Source of the DNA: an uncultured Planctomycetota bacterium
GTDB taxonomy: Bacteria > Planctomycetota > PLA2 > JAEUHO01
Length of the DNA: 64,000 nucleotides
Assembly (NCBI GenBank): GCA_963752285.1
Contig: CAVVXN010000005.1
Coordinates: 480,001 to 544,000, forward strand
Direction: 5' to 3'
Shown: positions 49,629 to 58,854 of the stretch, one piece after another
Position numbering within the stretch: the stretch's first letter is position 1
How the letters are laid out: each line of letters begins with the position of its first letter
Position numbers and translations under genes: made by a program
Notes under the pieces: generated by a model
The model's input: the letters and a program-made list of their open reading frames with translations, nothing else
What the model was told of the DNA's origin: nothing
Database searches by the model: none

Positions 49629-50789
49629 ATGGATCTCCTGCTCGAGACGGCCGGCGAGAGCCACGGACCCGGAATCGTGGCGATCCTGGCGGGCATCCCC
49701 ACCGGTTCCCCCGTGCCGACCGGGTACGTCAACGCGAGGCTCGCCGCCCGGCAGCGCGGCCGCGGCCGGAGCGCCCGCCAGCAGACCGAGAAGGACGAGG
49801 TCCGGTTCCTCGCCGGGGTCCGGGACGAGCGCGCGACGGGCAACCCGATCGCCCTCCTCGTCGAGAACCGGGACCCCAAGTACCGGGACCTGCCGCCCGT
49901 CACCGCGCCGCGGCCCGGGCACGCGGACCTGGCGGGGGCGATGAACCGCGGCGTCGTGGACGCGCGCGACGTGATCGAGCGGGCGAGCGCGCGCGAGACG
50001 GCGGCGAGGGTCGCGGCGGGGGCCGTCGCCGCCGCGTTCCTGGACGCGCTGGGCGTGGTCGTGCTCGGCCACGTCGTCCGGGTGGGGGGGTTCGACGTGG
50101 CCGGCCCGCCCGGCGACGACCTGGAGGTCGCGCGTCACCGGCGCGACGACTCGGACCTCCACGCGCTCGGGATCGCGGCCCTCCAGGACGCGGGCCGGGT
50201 CGCGATCGACGCCGCGCAGGCGTCGGGCGACACGCTCGGCGGCGTGGTGGAGGTCGTGGCGACGGGCGTCCCGCCGGGCCTCGGCGGCCACGAGCGCCCG
50301 GAGACGAAGCTCTCCACGGGCCTCGCCGCGGCCCTGATGGGCGTCCCCGCGGTCCGCGGCGTCGAGGTGGGCTTGGGCTTCGCGGCCGCGGACGTGCCCG
50401 GGAGCCGCATGCACGACGCGATCCTCCCGGCGGGCGATGGCGGCCCGCCCCGACGCGGCTCGAACCACGCCGGGGGGATCGAGGGGGGCACGAGCAACGG
50501 CCAGCCGATCGTCGTGCGCGCGGCGATGAAGCCGCTCGCGACGCTCCGGCACCCGCTCCCGAGCGTGGACCTCGCGAGCGGGGCCGTCGCGCCCGCGCGC
50601 TACGAACGGAGCGACGTCACGGCGGTGCCGCGACTGGCGATCGTGGCCGAGGCGGTGGTGGCCCTCGAGCTGGCGCGGCACGTCCGCAGGCGCTTCGGGG
50701 GCGCGCACCTGGACGACGTCCGGGCCGCGCTCGACGGCCAGCGCGAGCGGCTGAGGACGGTGCTCGGCCGGGGGGCGCGCGCGACTTGA
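49629..50789 (+). CDS. aroC: Chorismate synthase
   Basis: 'TAGESHG', 'PRPGHADL', 'ERASARET', 'NHAGGIEGG.SNG', 'AMKP', 'RSD'. Confidence 0.96.
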   Translation: MDLLLETAGESHGPGIVAILAGIPTGSPVPTGYVNARLAARQRGRGRSARQQTEKDEVRFLAGVRDERATGNPIALLVENRDPKYRDLPPVTAPRPGHADLAGAMNRGVVDARDVIERASARETAARVAAGAVAAAFLDALGVVVLGHVVRVGGFDVAGPPGDDLEVARHRRDDSDLHALGIAALQDAGRVAIDAAQASGDTLGGVVEVVATGVPPGLGGHERPETKLSTGLAAALMGVPAVRGVEVGLGFAAADVPGSRMHDAILPAGDGGPPRRGSNHAGGIEGGTSNGQPIVVRAAMKPLATLRHPLPSVDLASGAVAPARYERSDVTAVPRLAIVAEAVVALELARHVRRRFGGAHLDDVRAALDGQRERLRTVLGRGARAT

Positions 50790-50814
50790 CCCTGCCGGGC
50801 CCCCTAACTACCGT
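50786..50814 (+). promoter_or_regulatory. Sigma70-like promoter for tRNA-Thr/Tyr
   Basis: TTGACC-N17-TACCGT. Confidence 0.6.
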
Positions 50815-50829
50815 GCTCCGTCCCGGGTC

Positions 50830-50904
50830 GCCGGTGTAGCTCAGCGGTAGAGCAACGGTTTTGTAAACCGTAGGTCGTGAGTTCGATCCTCACCGCCGGC
50901 TCCA
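50830..50904 (+). tRNA. tRNA-Thr(TGT)
   Basis: Cloverleaf, anticodon arm ACGGT-TTTGTAA-ACCGT, CCA end. Confidence 0.96.
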
Positions 50905-50950
50905 TCGCCGCTGCACGGGCGCCGGAGCGCAAGCGACTCGAATCCCGGGT

Positions 50951-51036
50951 GGCGGGATACTCAAGTGGTCAACGAGGGCAGACTGTAAATCTGCTGGCTA
51001 TCGCCTTCCCTGGTTCGAATCCAGGTCCCGCCACCA
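50951..51036 (+). tRNA. tRNA-Tyr(GTA)
   Basis: Anticodon arm GCAGA-CTGTAAA-TCTGC, long variable arm, CCA end. Confidence 0.96.
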
Positions 51037-51114
51037 CTTCTCGTCCGCGTCGGGAGCCACCGGCCGTGCGACGTCCGGGCTCCGCCGCGCGGCGTCGTGC
51101 GAGGGAGGCATCTC

Positions 51115-51702
51115 GTGGACGAGCGGAACGGCGAGATCGAACGGCTCGAGACGGAGATCCGGGAGCGCCAGGAGCGGCTGGCCGAGCTGCGGAGGGCCGG
51201 GCCACGACCCGCGGCGCCGGACCACGCGCTCGTGGGTCCCGACGGCGGCGCGGTCCACCTCGTCGATCTCTTCGGCGCGAAGGACGACCTGCTCCTCGTG
51301 CACAACATGGGTTCGGGCTGCCCGTACTGCACCCTCTGGGCGGACGGCTTCCAGGGCGTCCTCCCGCACCTCGAGGACCGCGCGGCGTTCGTCGTGCTCT
51401 CGCCGGACCCGCCCGAGACGCAGGCCGCCTTCGCACGCGCGCGCGGCTGGCGCTTCCGCATGGTCTCCGACGCCACGGGCGACCTCACGCGCGCGCTCGG
51501 GTTCCTCGGCGAGCACGACGGATGCGCGATGTCCCTGCCCGGGGTGTCGGCGTTCCACCGCGATCCCGACGGCACGATCCGCCGCACGGCGCGTGCGCCC
51601 TTCGGCCCGGGAGACCCGTACGCCGGCATCTGGCACCTGTTCGACCTGCTCGACGGAGGGGCGGCGGGTTGGGAGCCGGCGTTCCGCTACGGAGCCTCGT
51701 AG
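51115..51702 (+). CDS. DUF899-family thioredoxin-like protein
   Basis: N-terminal coiled coil, 'LVDLFG', 'HNMG..CPYCTLWADG', 'RGWRF', 'PGVSAF'. Confidence 0.85.
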   Translation: MDERNGEIERLETEIRERQERLAELRRAGPRPAAPDHALVGPDGGAVHLVDLFGAKDDLLLVHNMGSGCPYCTLWADGFQGVLPHLEDRAAFVVLSPDPPETQAAFARARGWRFRMVSDATGDLTRALGFLGEHDGCAMSLPGVSAFHRDPDGTIRRTARAPFGPGDPYAGIWHLFDLLDGGAAGWEPAFRYGAS

Positions 51703-51742
51703 GCGAGCGGTATCCTCCCGCGGCGGACGTCGGGAGGAGACC

Positions 51743-52456
51743 ATGCACGACCTGAAGCGCGCGCTCGCGGACCTGCTGCTCGAGGCGGAGGCCCTGCAGG
51801 TGGGGTCGTTCCGGCTCAAGAGCGGACGCATGTCGCCCATCTTCTTCAACGCGGGGCGGCTCGACACCGGGCGCCGACTCGCCGCCGTCGGCGACGCGTA
51901 CGCCGCGACGCTCCTCGACCGCGTCGGGGCCGACGGCTTCGACGTGGTGTTCGGTCCGGCCTACAAGGGGATCCCGCTCGCCGTCGCGACGGTCGTGGGC
52001 CTCGCCGCGAAGGGCGTGGAGAAGCCGTACCTGTCCGACCGCAAGGAGGCGAAGGCGCACGGGGCCGAGGCGTCCCAGGGCGCGGCCGCGCAGCGCCTCC
52101 TCGGCCGGCCCCCGGCCTCGGGGACCCGGTTCGTGCTCGTGGACGACGTCTTGACGACGGGAGGGACCAAGGACGAGGCGGTGGAGACGCTCCGTTCGCT
52201 CTGTCCGGGCGCGGGCTTCCCCGCGCTCGTGATCGCGCTCGACCGTCAGGAGGTGACCGCGGAGGGAGAGGACGCCGTGGCCGGGTTCACACGCCGTACG
52301 GGAATCCCGGTCGAGCCCGTGCTCCGCGTGACCGAGCTCCTCGACGACCTCGCCCGTCGCGGGCGGATCTCGGCGGACGACCTCGCGCGCTGTCGGGCCT
52401 ACTGGTCGGAGCACGGGACCGAGGCCGCGCGCGCGTGGGCGGGACATGACGCGTAG
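51743..52456 (+). CDS. pyrE: Orotate phosphoribosyltransferase
   Basis: 'F.LKSGR.SP.FFN.G', 'FGPAYKGIP', 'RKE.K.HG', 'LVDDVLTTG'. Confidence 0.95.
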   Translation: MHDLKRALADLLLEAEALQVGSFRLKSGRMSPIFFNAGRLDTGRRLAAVGDAYAATLLDRVGADGFDVVFGPAYKGIPLAVATVVGLAAKGVEKPYLSDRKEAKAHGAEASQGAAAQRLLGRPPASGTRFVLVDDVLTTGGTKDEAVETLRSLCPGAGFPALVIALDRQEVTAEGEDAVAGFTRRTGIPVEPVLRVTELLDDLARRGRISADDLARCRAYWSEHGTEAARAWAGHDA

Positions 52457-52566
52457 GTGACGCCTCGGGGCGCGCGGCAGGCCGGAAAGCGCCCTCTGGG
52501 GGGGGCGTCGGGCTTGCCAAGGGAGCCGCGGGGGCCGACAAGGGGGCCGCCGGCGGAGGGCTTCCC

Positions 52567-52734
52567 ATGCAGCGATTCCACCGCGCGCTCGCCGCGGCGA
52601 CCTTCATCTGGGTGCTCGTGGTGATCGAGCCCGGCTGCGCGAGCCTGGCCAACACCTGCGGCGCCGTCATGAAGCTCGCGCTCGGCGTCGGCCTGGGGGT
52701 CGGCTCGTACTACCTGGTGAAGGCGCTCCACTGA
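52567..52734 (+). CDS. Small membrane/lipoprotein-like peptide (55 aa), absent from the ORF track
   Basis: GGAGGG RBS; MQRFHRALAAATFIWVLVVIEPGCASLANTCGAVMKLALGVGLGVGSYYLVKALH; strong GC3 bias. Confidence 0.65.
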   Translation: MQRFHRALAAATFIWVLVVIEPGCASLANTCGAVMKLALGVGLGVGSYYLVKALH

Positions 52735-53042
52735 TCGGAACGTCGGGACGCGAGGCGCCCCGTCTGCGCCCGGCCCCCGGGGCGACCGCCGGGCGGGTCG
52801 TCGCCGGCCTCGGGGCCCGTCGGGGCATGCCCGTCACCGTCTCCCCTCGCCCTCGCGCGGTCCGCGGCCCCTCCGCGGGCGCGGTCTCCTCGACGTAGCC
52901 CGCGCCGCGCCTGCGGATCCGCATCCTCGTCGGGACCCTTTCCGACGCGAATGCGAGCGTCGCGGGTGACACTCGTTCCCGGACAGGCCCTTACGCGGGC
53001 CTACCGTCGGCTCGGGCGCGGGAGGCCCGGGGCAGGCGGTTG

Positions 53043-53070
53043 TTGACCGGTGCTCCCGCCCCCGTAAGAT
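53043..53070 (+). promoter_or_regulatory. Sigma70-like promoter for tRNA-Gly/Thr-tuf
   Basis: TTGACC-N16-TAAGAT. Confidence 0.65.
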
Positions 53071-53129
53071 CCCCCGACCTCGGGGGCTACCCTGGCGTGT
53101 TGTTCCTGGGGATTCCGGGAGGACGCGCC

Positions 53130-53203
53130 GCGGGCGTAGCTCAATGGTAGAGCTCCGGCCTTCCAAGCCGGTGACGTGGGTTCGATTCCCATCGCCCGCT
53201 CCA
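53130..53203 (+). tRNA. tRNA-Gly(TCC)
   Basis: GCGGGCG acceptor, CCGGC-CTTCCAA-GCCGG anticodon arm, CCA end. Confidence 0.96.
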
Positions 53204-53348
53204 CGTCTGCCGGAACGGGGCTGGGTCGCTCGCCTCTCGCGGAGCGGCCCGGTACCCGGGAGCCCGAGTTCGAGGTGGGTCCGGCGGGGCGTTCCGTCGG
53301 GCATCGGTTGATTCGGAAACAGGAGTGCTCGACTCGACGGACGCGACC

Positions 53349-53423
53349 GCTGGTGTAGCTCAGTGGTAGAGCACCTCCTTGGTAAGGAGGAGGTCGTGGG
53401 TTCAATCCCCACCACCAGCTCCA
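53349..53423 (+). tRNA. tRNA-Thr(GGT)
   Basis: GCTGGTG acceptor, CCTCC-TTGGTAA-GGAGG anticodon arm, CCA end. Confidence 0.96.
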
Positions 53424-53490
53424 GTCCCCCCCGAGCCCCAGAAGACAGGAGCCGGGCGTCTGGACGTCGCCCTCGGAGGATCGCCTTCCC

Positions 53491-54699
53491 ATGGCCAAGG
53501 AAACCTTCCAGCGCACCAAGCCGCACGTGAACGTTGGCACCATCGGCCACGTGGACCACGGCAAGACCACCCTCACCGCCGCCATGACGTACGTCATGGA
53601 GGCGAAGGGACTCTCCAAGGCGAAGGCCTACGCGGACATCGCCAAGGGCGGCACCGTCCGAGACGAGTCCAAGACCGTCACCATCGCGGCCGCGCACGTC
53701 GAGTACGAGACCGAAAACCGGCACTACGCCCACGTGGACTGCCCGGGGCACGCCGACTACGTGAAGAACATGATCACGGGCGCCGCCCAGATGGACGGCG
53801 CGATCCTGGTCGTGTCCGCGGCGGACGGCCCCATGCCCCAGACGCGCGAGCACATCCTGCTCGCCCGCCAGGTGGGCGTGCCGGCGATCGTGGTCTGGAT
53901 CAACGCGATCGACCTCGTGGACGACCCGGAGCTCCTCGAGCTCATCGAGCTCGAGGTGCGCGAGCTCCTCAAGGAGTACGGGTTCCCGGGGGACGAGATC
54001 CCGGTCGTCATGGGTTCCGCGCTGAAGGCGCTCCAGAACCCTTCGAACTTCGACGACCCGGTCGGCGCGGGGGCCATCCTGAAGCTCCTCGAGGCCGTGG
54101 ACAGCTACATCCCGCAGCCCACCCGCGAGGTGGACAAGCCGTTCCTCATGCCCGTCGAGGACGTGTTCTCGATCAAGGGCCGCGGCACGGTCGGCACGGG
54201 CCGGATCGAGCGCGGCAAGATCAAGGTCGGCGAGGCCCTCGAGATCGTGGGGCTGAACGAGCTGCCCCTGAAGAGCACCTGCACCGGCGTCGAGATGTTC
54301 AACAAGACGCTCGACTACGGCGAGGCCGGCGACAACGTGGGCATCCTGCTCCGCGGCATCGACAAGGAGGTGCTGGAGCGCGGGATGGTCCTCGCGCAGC
54401 CCGGCACGATCCACCCGCACACCGAGTTCGAGTCCGAGGTGTACGTCCTGTCGAAGGACGAGGGCGGGCGCCACACGCCGTTCTTCAACAACTACCGGCC
54501 GCAGTTCTACATCCGGACGACCGACGTCACGGGCTCCATCGAGCTCCTGGGCGGCGCCGAGATGTGCATGCCGGGCGACAACGTCGCGATGAAGGTCTCC
54601 CTGAACAACCCCATCGCCATCGAGGAGAAGATGCGCTTCGCGATCCGCGAGGGCGGCCGGACCGTCGGCGCCGGGACGGTGACGAAGATCATCAAGTAG
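53491..54699 (+). CDS. tuf: Elongation factor Tu
   Basis: 'GHVDHGKTT', 'DCPGHADY', 'GPMPQTREH', '[10 protein letters not shown]'. Confidence 0.98.
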   Translation: MAKETFQRTKPHVNVGTIGHVDHGKTTLTAAMTYVMEAKGLSKAKAYADIAKGGTVRDESKTVTIAAAHVEYETENRHYAHVDCPGHADYVKNMITGAAQMDGAILVVSAADGPMPQTREHILLARQVGVPAIVVWINAIDLVDDPELLELIELEVRELLKEYGFPGDEIPVVMGSALKALQNPSNFDDPVGAGAILKLLEAVDSYIPQPTREVDKPFLMPVEDVFSIKGRGTVGTGRIERGKIKVGEALEIVGLNELPLKSTCTGVEMFNKTLDYGEAGDNVGILLRGIDKEVLERGMVLAQPGTIHPHTEFESEVYVLSKDEGGRHTPFFNNYRPQFYIRTTDVTGSIELLGGAEMCMPGDNVAMKVSLNNPIAIEEKMRFAIREGGRTVGAGTVTKIIK

Positions 54700-54739
54700 T
54701 CGGGCCGCGGCCCGCGCTCGGAGCCGGAGGTACTCGGTC

Positions 54740-54913
54740 ATGGCCAAGTCCCAGGACGCCCGCGGCTACGTCTGGCTCCAGTGCACGGAGACCGGGGACC
54801 TCAACTACCGCGTCCAGAAGCGGATCAAGGGCAACCCCTACAAGATCGAGGTCAAGAAGTATTGCCCGCGGCTGAAGCGCCACACCCTCCACAAGGAGAG
54901 CAAGAGAAAATAG
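54740..54913 (+). CDS. rpmG: 50S ribosomal protein L33
   Basis: 57 aa '[28 protein letters not shown]'; canonical position; absent from the ORF track. Confidence 0.93.
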   Translation: MAKSQDARGYVWLQCTETGDLNYRVQKRIKGNPYKIEVKKYCPRLKRHTLHKESKRK

Positions 54914-54923
54914 GCCGTTTCGC

Positions 54924-54999
54924 ACGGCCGTAGCTCAACTGGTAGAGCACCTGATTCCAAATCAGGGGGTTGGGGGTTCGATTCCTCCCGGCCGTGCCA
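54924..54999 (+). tRNA. tRNA-Trp(CCA)
   Basis: CCTGA-TTCCAAA-TCAGG anticodon arm, CCA end, canonical position before secE. Confidence 0.96.
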
Positions 55000-55085
55000 T
55001 CTCTTCGACAGGAAGCCATTTCCCCCTCGGATAGCCGACGTCCGCCCTCGGGACGCCGACACCGCGGCCGGGGCCGGGGTCAGAC

Positions 55086-55499
55086 GTGTCAGGACTCGAG
55101 ATCTACAAGCCGGGCCAGGGAAAGATCGCGCGGAGCGTGACGTACGTTCTCGGCGCGCTCCTGGTCATCTTCGGCGGTGTCCGGCTCTACGCCACCATCA
55201 ACGTGCCCGGCGGGGAGTGGGTGACCGGCGTCCCCGTCATCGGGCACGTCTCCATCTACAACGTGATCGCGCTGGTCGTCGTGCTGCTGGGCATGCTGGC
55301 CCTCCACCTCGTCCTCAACATGCCTCGCTCCGTCGAGACGCTGATCGACACGGAGCAGGAGCTGAAGAAGGTCTCGTGGCCCTCGAAGCGCGAGGTCAAG
55401 AACGCCACCTTCGTCGTCGTGCTCGTCACCTTCGTGACCGCCGTCGCCCTCTTCGGGTTCGACGAGCTGCTGCGCTGGGTGTTCCAGCTCGTGTACTAG
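55086..55499 (+). CDS. secE: Preprotein translocase subunit SecE
   Basis: 'ELKKVSWP' followed by a TM; synteny. Confidence 0.93.
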   Translation: MSGLEIYKPGQGKIARSVTYVLGALLVIFGGVRLYATINVPGGEWVTGVPVIGHVSIYNVIALVVVLLGMLALHLVLNMPRSVETLIDTEQELKKVSWPSKREVKNATFVVVLVTFVTAVALFGFDELLRWVFQLVY

Positions 55500-55523
55500 G
55501 TCCAGGAGCAGAGGAGAAGAGCA

Positions 55524-56072
55524 TTGGCGAGGCGGTGGTACGTGGTCCGCGTGCAGGCTGGACGGGAGGGCACCGTCCAGACGGCCCTCGTCCGCCGGCT
55601 GAAGGTCGCAGGGAAGCACGAGGTCGTGCCGCGCGTGCTCGTCCCGGTCGAGACGATCACCGAGGTGAAGGCCGGGAAGAAGCGCACGCGCAAGCGGAAG
55701 CTCTACCCGGGCTACGTCCTGGTCGAGGTCGACGAGGAGAAGGGCAAGGTCCCGCGCGACGTGTGGTTCCTCGTCCGGGAGACCGCGGGCGTCGGCGACT
55801 TCGTCGGGCCGCACGGTCACCCGGAGCCCCTCGACGAGAAGGAGGTGGGCCGGCTCCTCTCCGAGATGGAGCGGAGCGAGGAGAAGGCCCCCCAGGTGGC
55901 GATCTCCCTCAAGAAGGGCGACGCCGTGAAGATCAAGGAAGGCCCGCTCGAGTCGTTCGAGGGCCAGATCGACGAGGTCATCCCGGCGAAGGGCATGGTG
56001 CGCGTGATCGTGACGATCTTCGGTCGCGCCACGCCCGTAGAGCTGGAATACTGGCAGGTGGAGCCCGTCTAG
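55524..56072 (+). CDS. nusG: Transcription factor NusG
   Basis: 'WYVVRV', 'YPGYVLV', KOW motif, '[10 protein letters not shown]'. Confidence 0.97.
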   Translation: MARRWYVVRVQAGREGTVQTALVRRLKVAGKHEVVPRVLVPVETITEVKAGKKRTRKRKLYPGYVLVEVDEEKGKVPRDVWFLVRETAGVGDFVGPHGHPEPLDEKEVGRLLSEMERSEEKAPQVAISLKKGDAVKIKEGPLESFEGQIDEVIPAKGMVRVIVTIFGRATPVELEYWQVEPV

Positions 56073-56097
56073 GGCCGCCCCGAGAGGTCGATGCGCC

Positions 56098-56523
56098 ATG
56101 GCGAAGGACATCAAGGCCAAGGTCAAGCTGCAGTGCCCGGCCGGGCAGGCGACGCCCGCGCCGCCGGTGGGGCCCGCCCTCGGCCAGCACGGCGTCAACA
56201 TCGGGGAGTTCGTCCGCCGGTTCAACGACGCGACCGCGAAGGACCGCGGGACGATCATTCCCGTGATCCTGACGGTCTACACCGATCGCTCGTTCGACTT
56301 CGTGCTGAAGAGCCCGCCAGCCGCCGTCCTCCTCCGCCAGGCCGCCGGCCTCGAGAAGGGCAGCGCCACCCCCAACACCGTCAAGGTGGGCAAGGTGACG
56401 CGAGCCCAGGTCCAGGACATCGCCCGGCGCAAGATGGACGACCTCAACGCCTACCGCGAGGAGTCCGCCGAACGGATCGTGATGGGCACCGCGCGGTCCA
56501 TGGGCATCGAGGTCGAGGGCTAG
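56098..56523 (+). CDS. rplK: 50S ribosomal protein L11
   Basis: '[15 protein letters not shown]', 'GTARSMG'. Confidence 0.98.
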   Translation: MAKDIKAKVKLQCPAGQATPAPPVGPALGQHGVNIGEFVRRFNDATAKDRGTIIPVILTVYTDRSFDFVLKSPPAAVLLRQAAGLEKGSATPNTVKVGKVTRAQVQDIARRKMDDLNAYREESAERIVMGTARSMGIEVEG

Positions 56524-56685
56524 CCGGCGGAACCGACCCTCGAAGGGGCCTGTCCGTCGCCTCGGGAATTTCTCGTCCGTCCCCGGGAGATCCGTACCCT
56601 ACGGGACTTCCCGACCGCCGGTCGGGCCGACTCGTCCACCGCCCCTCGAGACCGCCTCCGGGGACGGGAGAGCTGGAGAAGGCGG

Positions 56686-57375
56686 ATGCGCACGACGTCC
56701 AGGCGCTACAAGGCCGCCCTGGAGACCGACGGGTACGACGCGCAGCGGAGATATCCGCTCGGCGACGCGCTCCGGGTCCTCCAGGCGTTTCCCAAGCCGC
56801 GATTCGACGAGACCGTCGAGCTGAGCGTGCGCCTGGGCGTGGACCCGAAGCGGACCGATCAGATGGTCCGCGGTAGCGTGTCCCTCCCCAAGGGCATCGG
56901 CAAGACGCGCGTCGTCGCGGTCTTCGCCGAGGGCGACCTGGCGGAGGAAGCGAAGGCTGCGGGGGCCGACTTCGTCGGGAGCGAAGACCTCGCCAAGCAG
57001 ATCCAGGAGGGCTTCTCCGCCTTCGACGTCTGCATCGCGCACCCGTCGATGATGCGCCACGTCGGCCGCCTCGGGAAGATCCTCGGTCCGCAGGGCAAGA
57101 TGCCCACGCCCAAGACCGGAACCGTCACCGAGAAGATCGGCGAGGCGGTACGCGAGTTCAAAGCGGGCAAGGTCGAGTTCCGCGCCGACGCGGGCGGCAA
57201 CGTGCACGTCCCGGTCGGGAAGCGGAGCTTCGCGCCCGAGGACCTCGAGGCGAACATCACGCACTTCCTCGACCACCTGCGCGGTCTGAAGCCTTCGGCC
57301 GTGAAGGGCGCCTTCCTGAAGAAGGTGTCCCTCTCCGCGTCCATGAGCCCCGGCCTCGTGCTGGACGTGAGCTGA
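56686..57375 (+). CDS. rplA: 50S ribosomal protein L1
   Basis: 'FDETVE', 'DQMVRG', 'LGP.GKMP.PK.GTVT'. Confidence 0.98.
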   Translation: MRTTSRRYKAALETDGYDAQRRYPLGDALRVLQAFPKPRFDETVELSVRLGVDPKRTDQMVRGSVSLPKGIGKTRVVAVFAEGDLAEEAKAAGADFVGSEDLAKQIQEGFSAFDVCIAHPSMMRHVGRLGKILGPQGKMPTPKTGTVTEKIGEAVREFKAGKVEFRADAGGNVHVPVGKRSFAPEDLEANITHFLDHLRGLKPSAVKGAFLKKVSLSASMSPGLVLDVS

Positions 57376-57390
57376 GGGGAGGACGACGCG

Positions 57391-57963
57391 ATGGCCAAGG
57401 CCCTGAAGCGGATGATGGTCGAGGAGTACGTGAGCGACCTCGGCCAGACGCGGAACCTGATCATCGTGGATCCGGGTCCGATGAGCGTCGAGAACGCCGA
57501 GGCGTTCCGGCGCGACCTGCGCGAGCAGGCCGGCGGCGCCGTGTTCCAGCTCGTCCACAACCGGACGGTGCGCCGCGCGCTGGAGGAGACCGTCTACCGC
57601 GGCCACGAAGACGCGCTCTCGCCCCTGCTGAAGGGGCAGTCGGCCGTCCTCTACGGCGGCGAGGGCGCGATCCCGATCGCCAAGGTCGTTCGCGACTGGC
57701 GCCGCCGCTTCAAGCCGCTGACCGTCAAGGGCGGGGTGGCGGACGGCGAGGTCCTCGACGCCGCGACCGTCGAGGGACTGGCCGACCTCCCGGGGCTTCC
57801 CCAGCTCCGGGGCATGCTGCTCGGCGCGGTGCTCGGCTCCGCGCGGGGCCTCGCCGCCTCCTTGCAGGCGGTCTACGGGGGGATTGCGCGCGTGCTCCAG
57901 GCCCGCATCGAAGAGGCGGAGGGGGCAGGCGCGGATGGCGATGGCGACAACCAGGGTGCGTAG
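57391..57963 (+). CDS. rplJ: 50S ribosomal protein L10
   Basis: Synteny; 'VKGG..DG..LD...V..LA.LP'. Confidence 0.92.
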   Translation: MAKALKRMMVEEYVSDLGQTRNLIIVDPGPMSVENAEAFRRDLREQAGGAVFQLVHNRTVRRALEETVYRGHEDALSPLLKGQSAVLYGGEGAIPIAKVVRDWRRRFKPLTVKGGVADGEVLDAATVEGLADLPGLPQLRGMLLGAVLGSARGLAASLQAVYGGIARVLQARIEEAEGAGADGDGDNQGA

Positions 57964-58008
57964 CCCAGAGCGCCGAAGTTTGGAAACGTAGGACGAGGAG
58001 TTGGAGTC

Positions 58009-58422
58009 ATGTCCGAGCAGACCGAAGAGAGCGTGCAGCTCGACGAGGAGCTCGAGGGCATCTTCAAGACCCTGGACGGCCTCACCATCTCGAAGGCGGC
58101 CAAGCTCGTGAAGGCCCTCGAGGAGCGCTGGGGGGTCAGCGCGGCCGCGCCCGCGGCCGTGATGCAGATGCCCGCGGGCGGCGGGGCCGCCCCCGCCGAG
58201 GCCGAGGAGAAGACCGCGTTCGACGTGGTCCTCAAGTCCGCCGGCCAGCAGAAGATCCAGGTGATCAAGGTGGTGCGTGCGGCCACGGGTCTTGGCCTGA
58301 AGGAGGCCAAGGAGCTCGTGGACGCGGCGCCGAAGCCCGTGAAGACCGGCCTCTCCAAGGAGGACGCGGAGAAGCTCCAGAAGGAGCTCACCGACGTCGG
58401 CGCCGAGGTCGAGATCAAGTAG
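58009..58422 (+). CDS. rplL: 50S ribosomal protein L7/L12
   Basis: 'EEKT.FDV.L', '[18 protein letters not shown]'. Confidence 0.98.
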   Translation: MSEQTEESVQLDEELEGIFKTLDGLTISKAAKLVKALEERWGVSAAAPAAVMQMPAGGGAAPAEAEEKTAFDVVLKSAGQQKIQVIKVVRAATGLGLKEAKELVDAAPKPVKTGLSKEDAEKLQKELTDVGAEVEIK

Positions 58423-58854
58423 CGCCCGTCGCGACCGGGCCGAAGGGCCCGGTCCGCGGTCGGGATCGGCGCGGGGCCTCTCGGCTCCCTCCGCGACGCG
58501 GGGGGGCCCGGGGCCCCGTGGCTTTCGGGGCCGGGGTGCCGGGGCCGCTGGGTGCGTCCTTGCGGGGCCGGCTGGGCATGCCGCTTGCCTGCCCCACCCT
58601 TCGGTCCTACATTTGCGGGCTCGGGGGCGTCGTCCCCGAGACGTCCGGCGCGGCTTCGTCAATGTCTTCCTTGGGCCGGGGAAGATCACAGCCTGAAGCC
58701 GCGGGCCGGGGTGCGGCCGAGAGATCCGAACCCGAGGGGGACGTCTCGTCCTCTGCCGCATGCGTCACGCACGGGTGGTCGCGGACCGTCCCGAGGACCC
58801 CGCTCCGGGATCCCGGTCGGGACGCCCCGTGCCCTTCACGTCAAGAGGTCTCTG

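Noticed and set aside
52735..53040. ORF 52667-52972 (-) or an ncRNA in the GC-rich spacer
   Set aside because: No protein motif or RNA family is recognisable; the hairpins are expected at this GC content.
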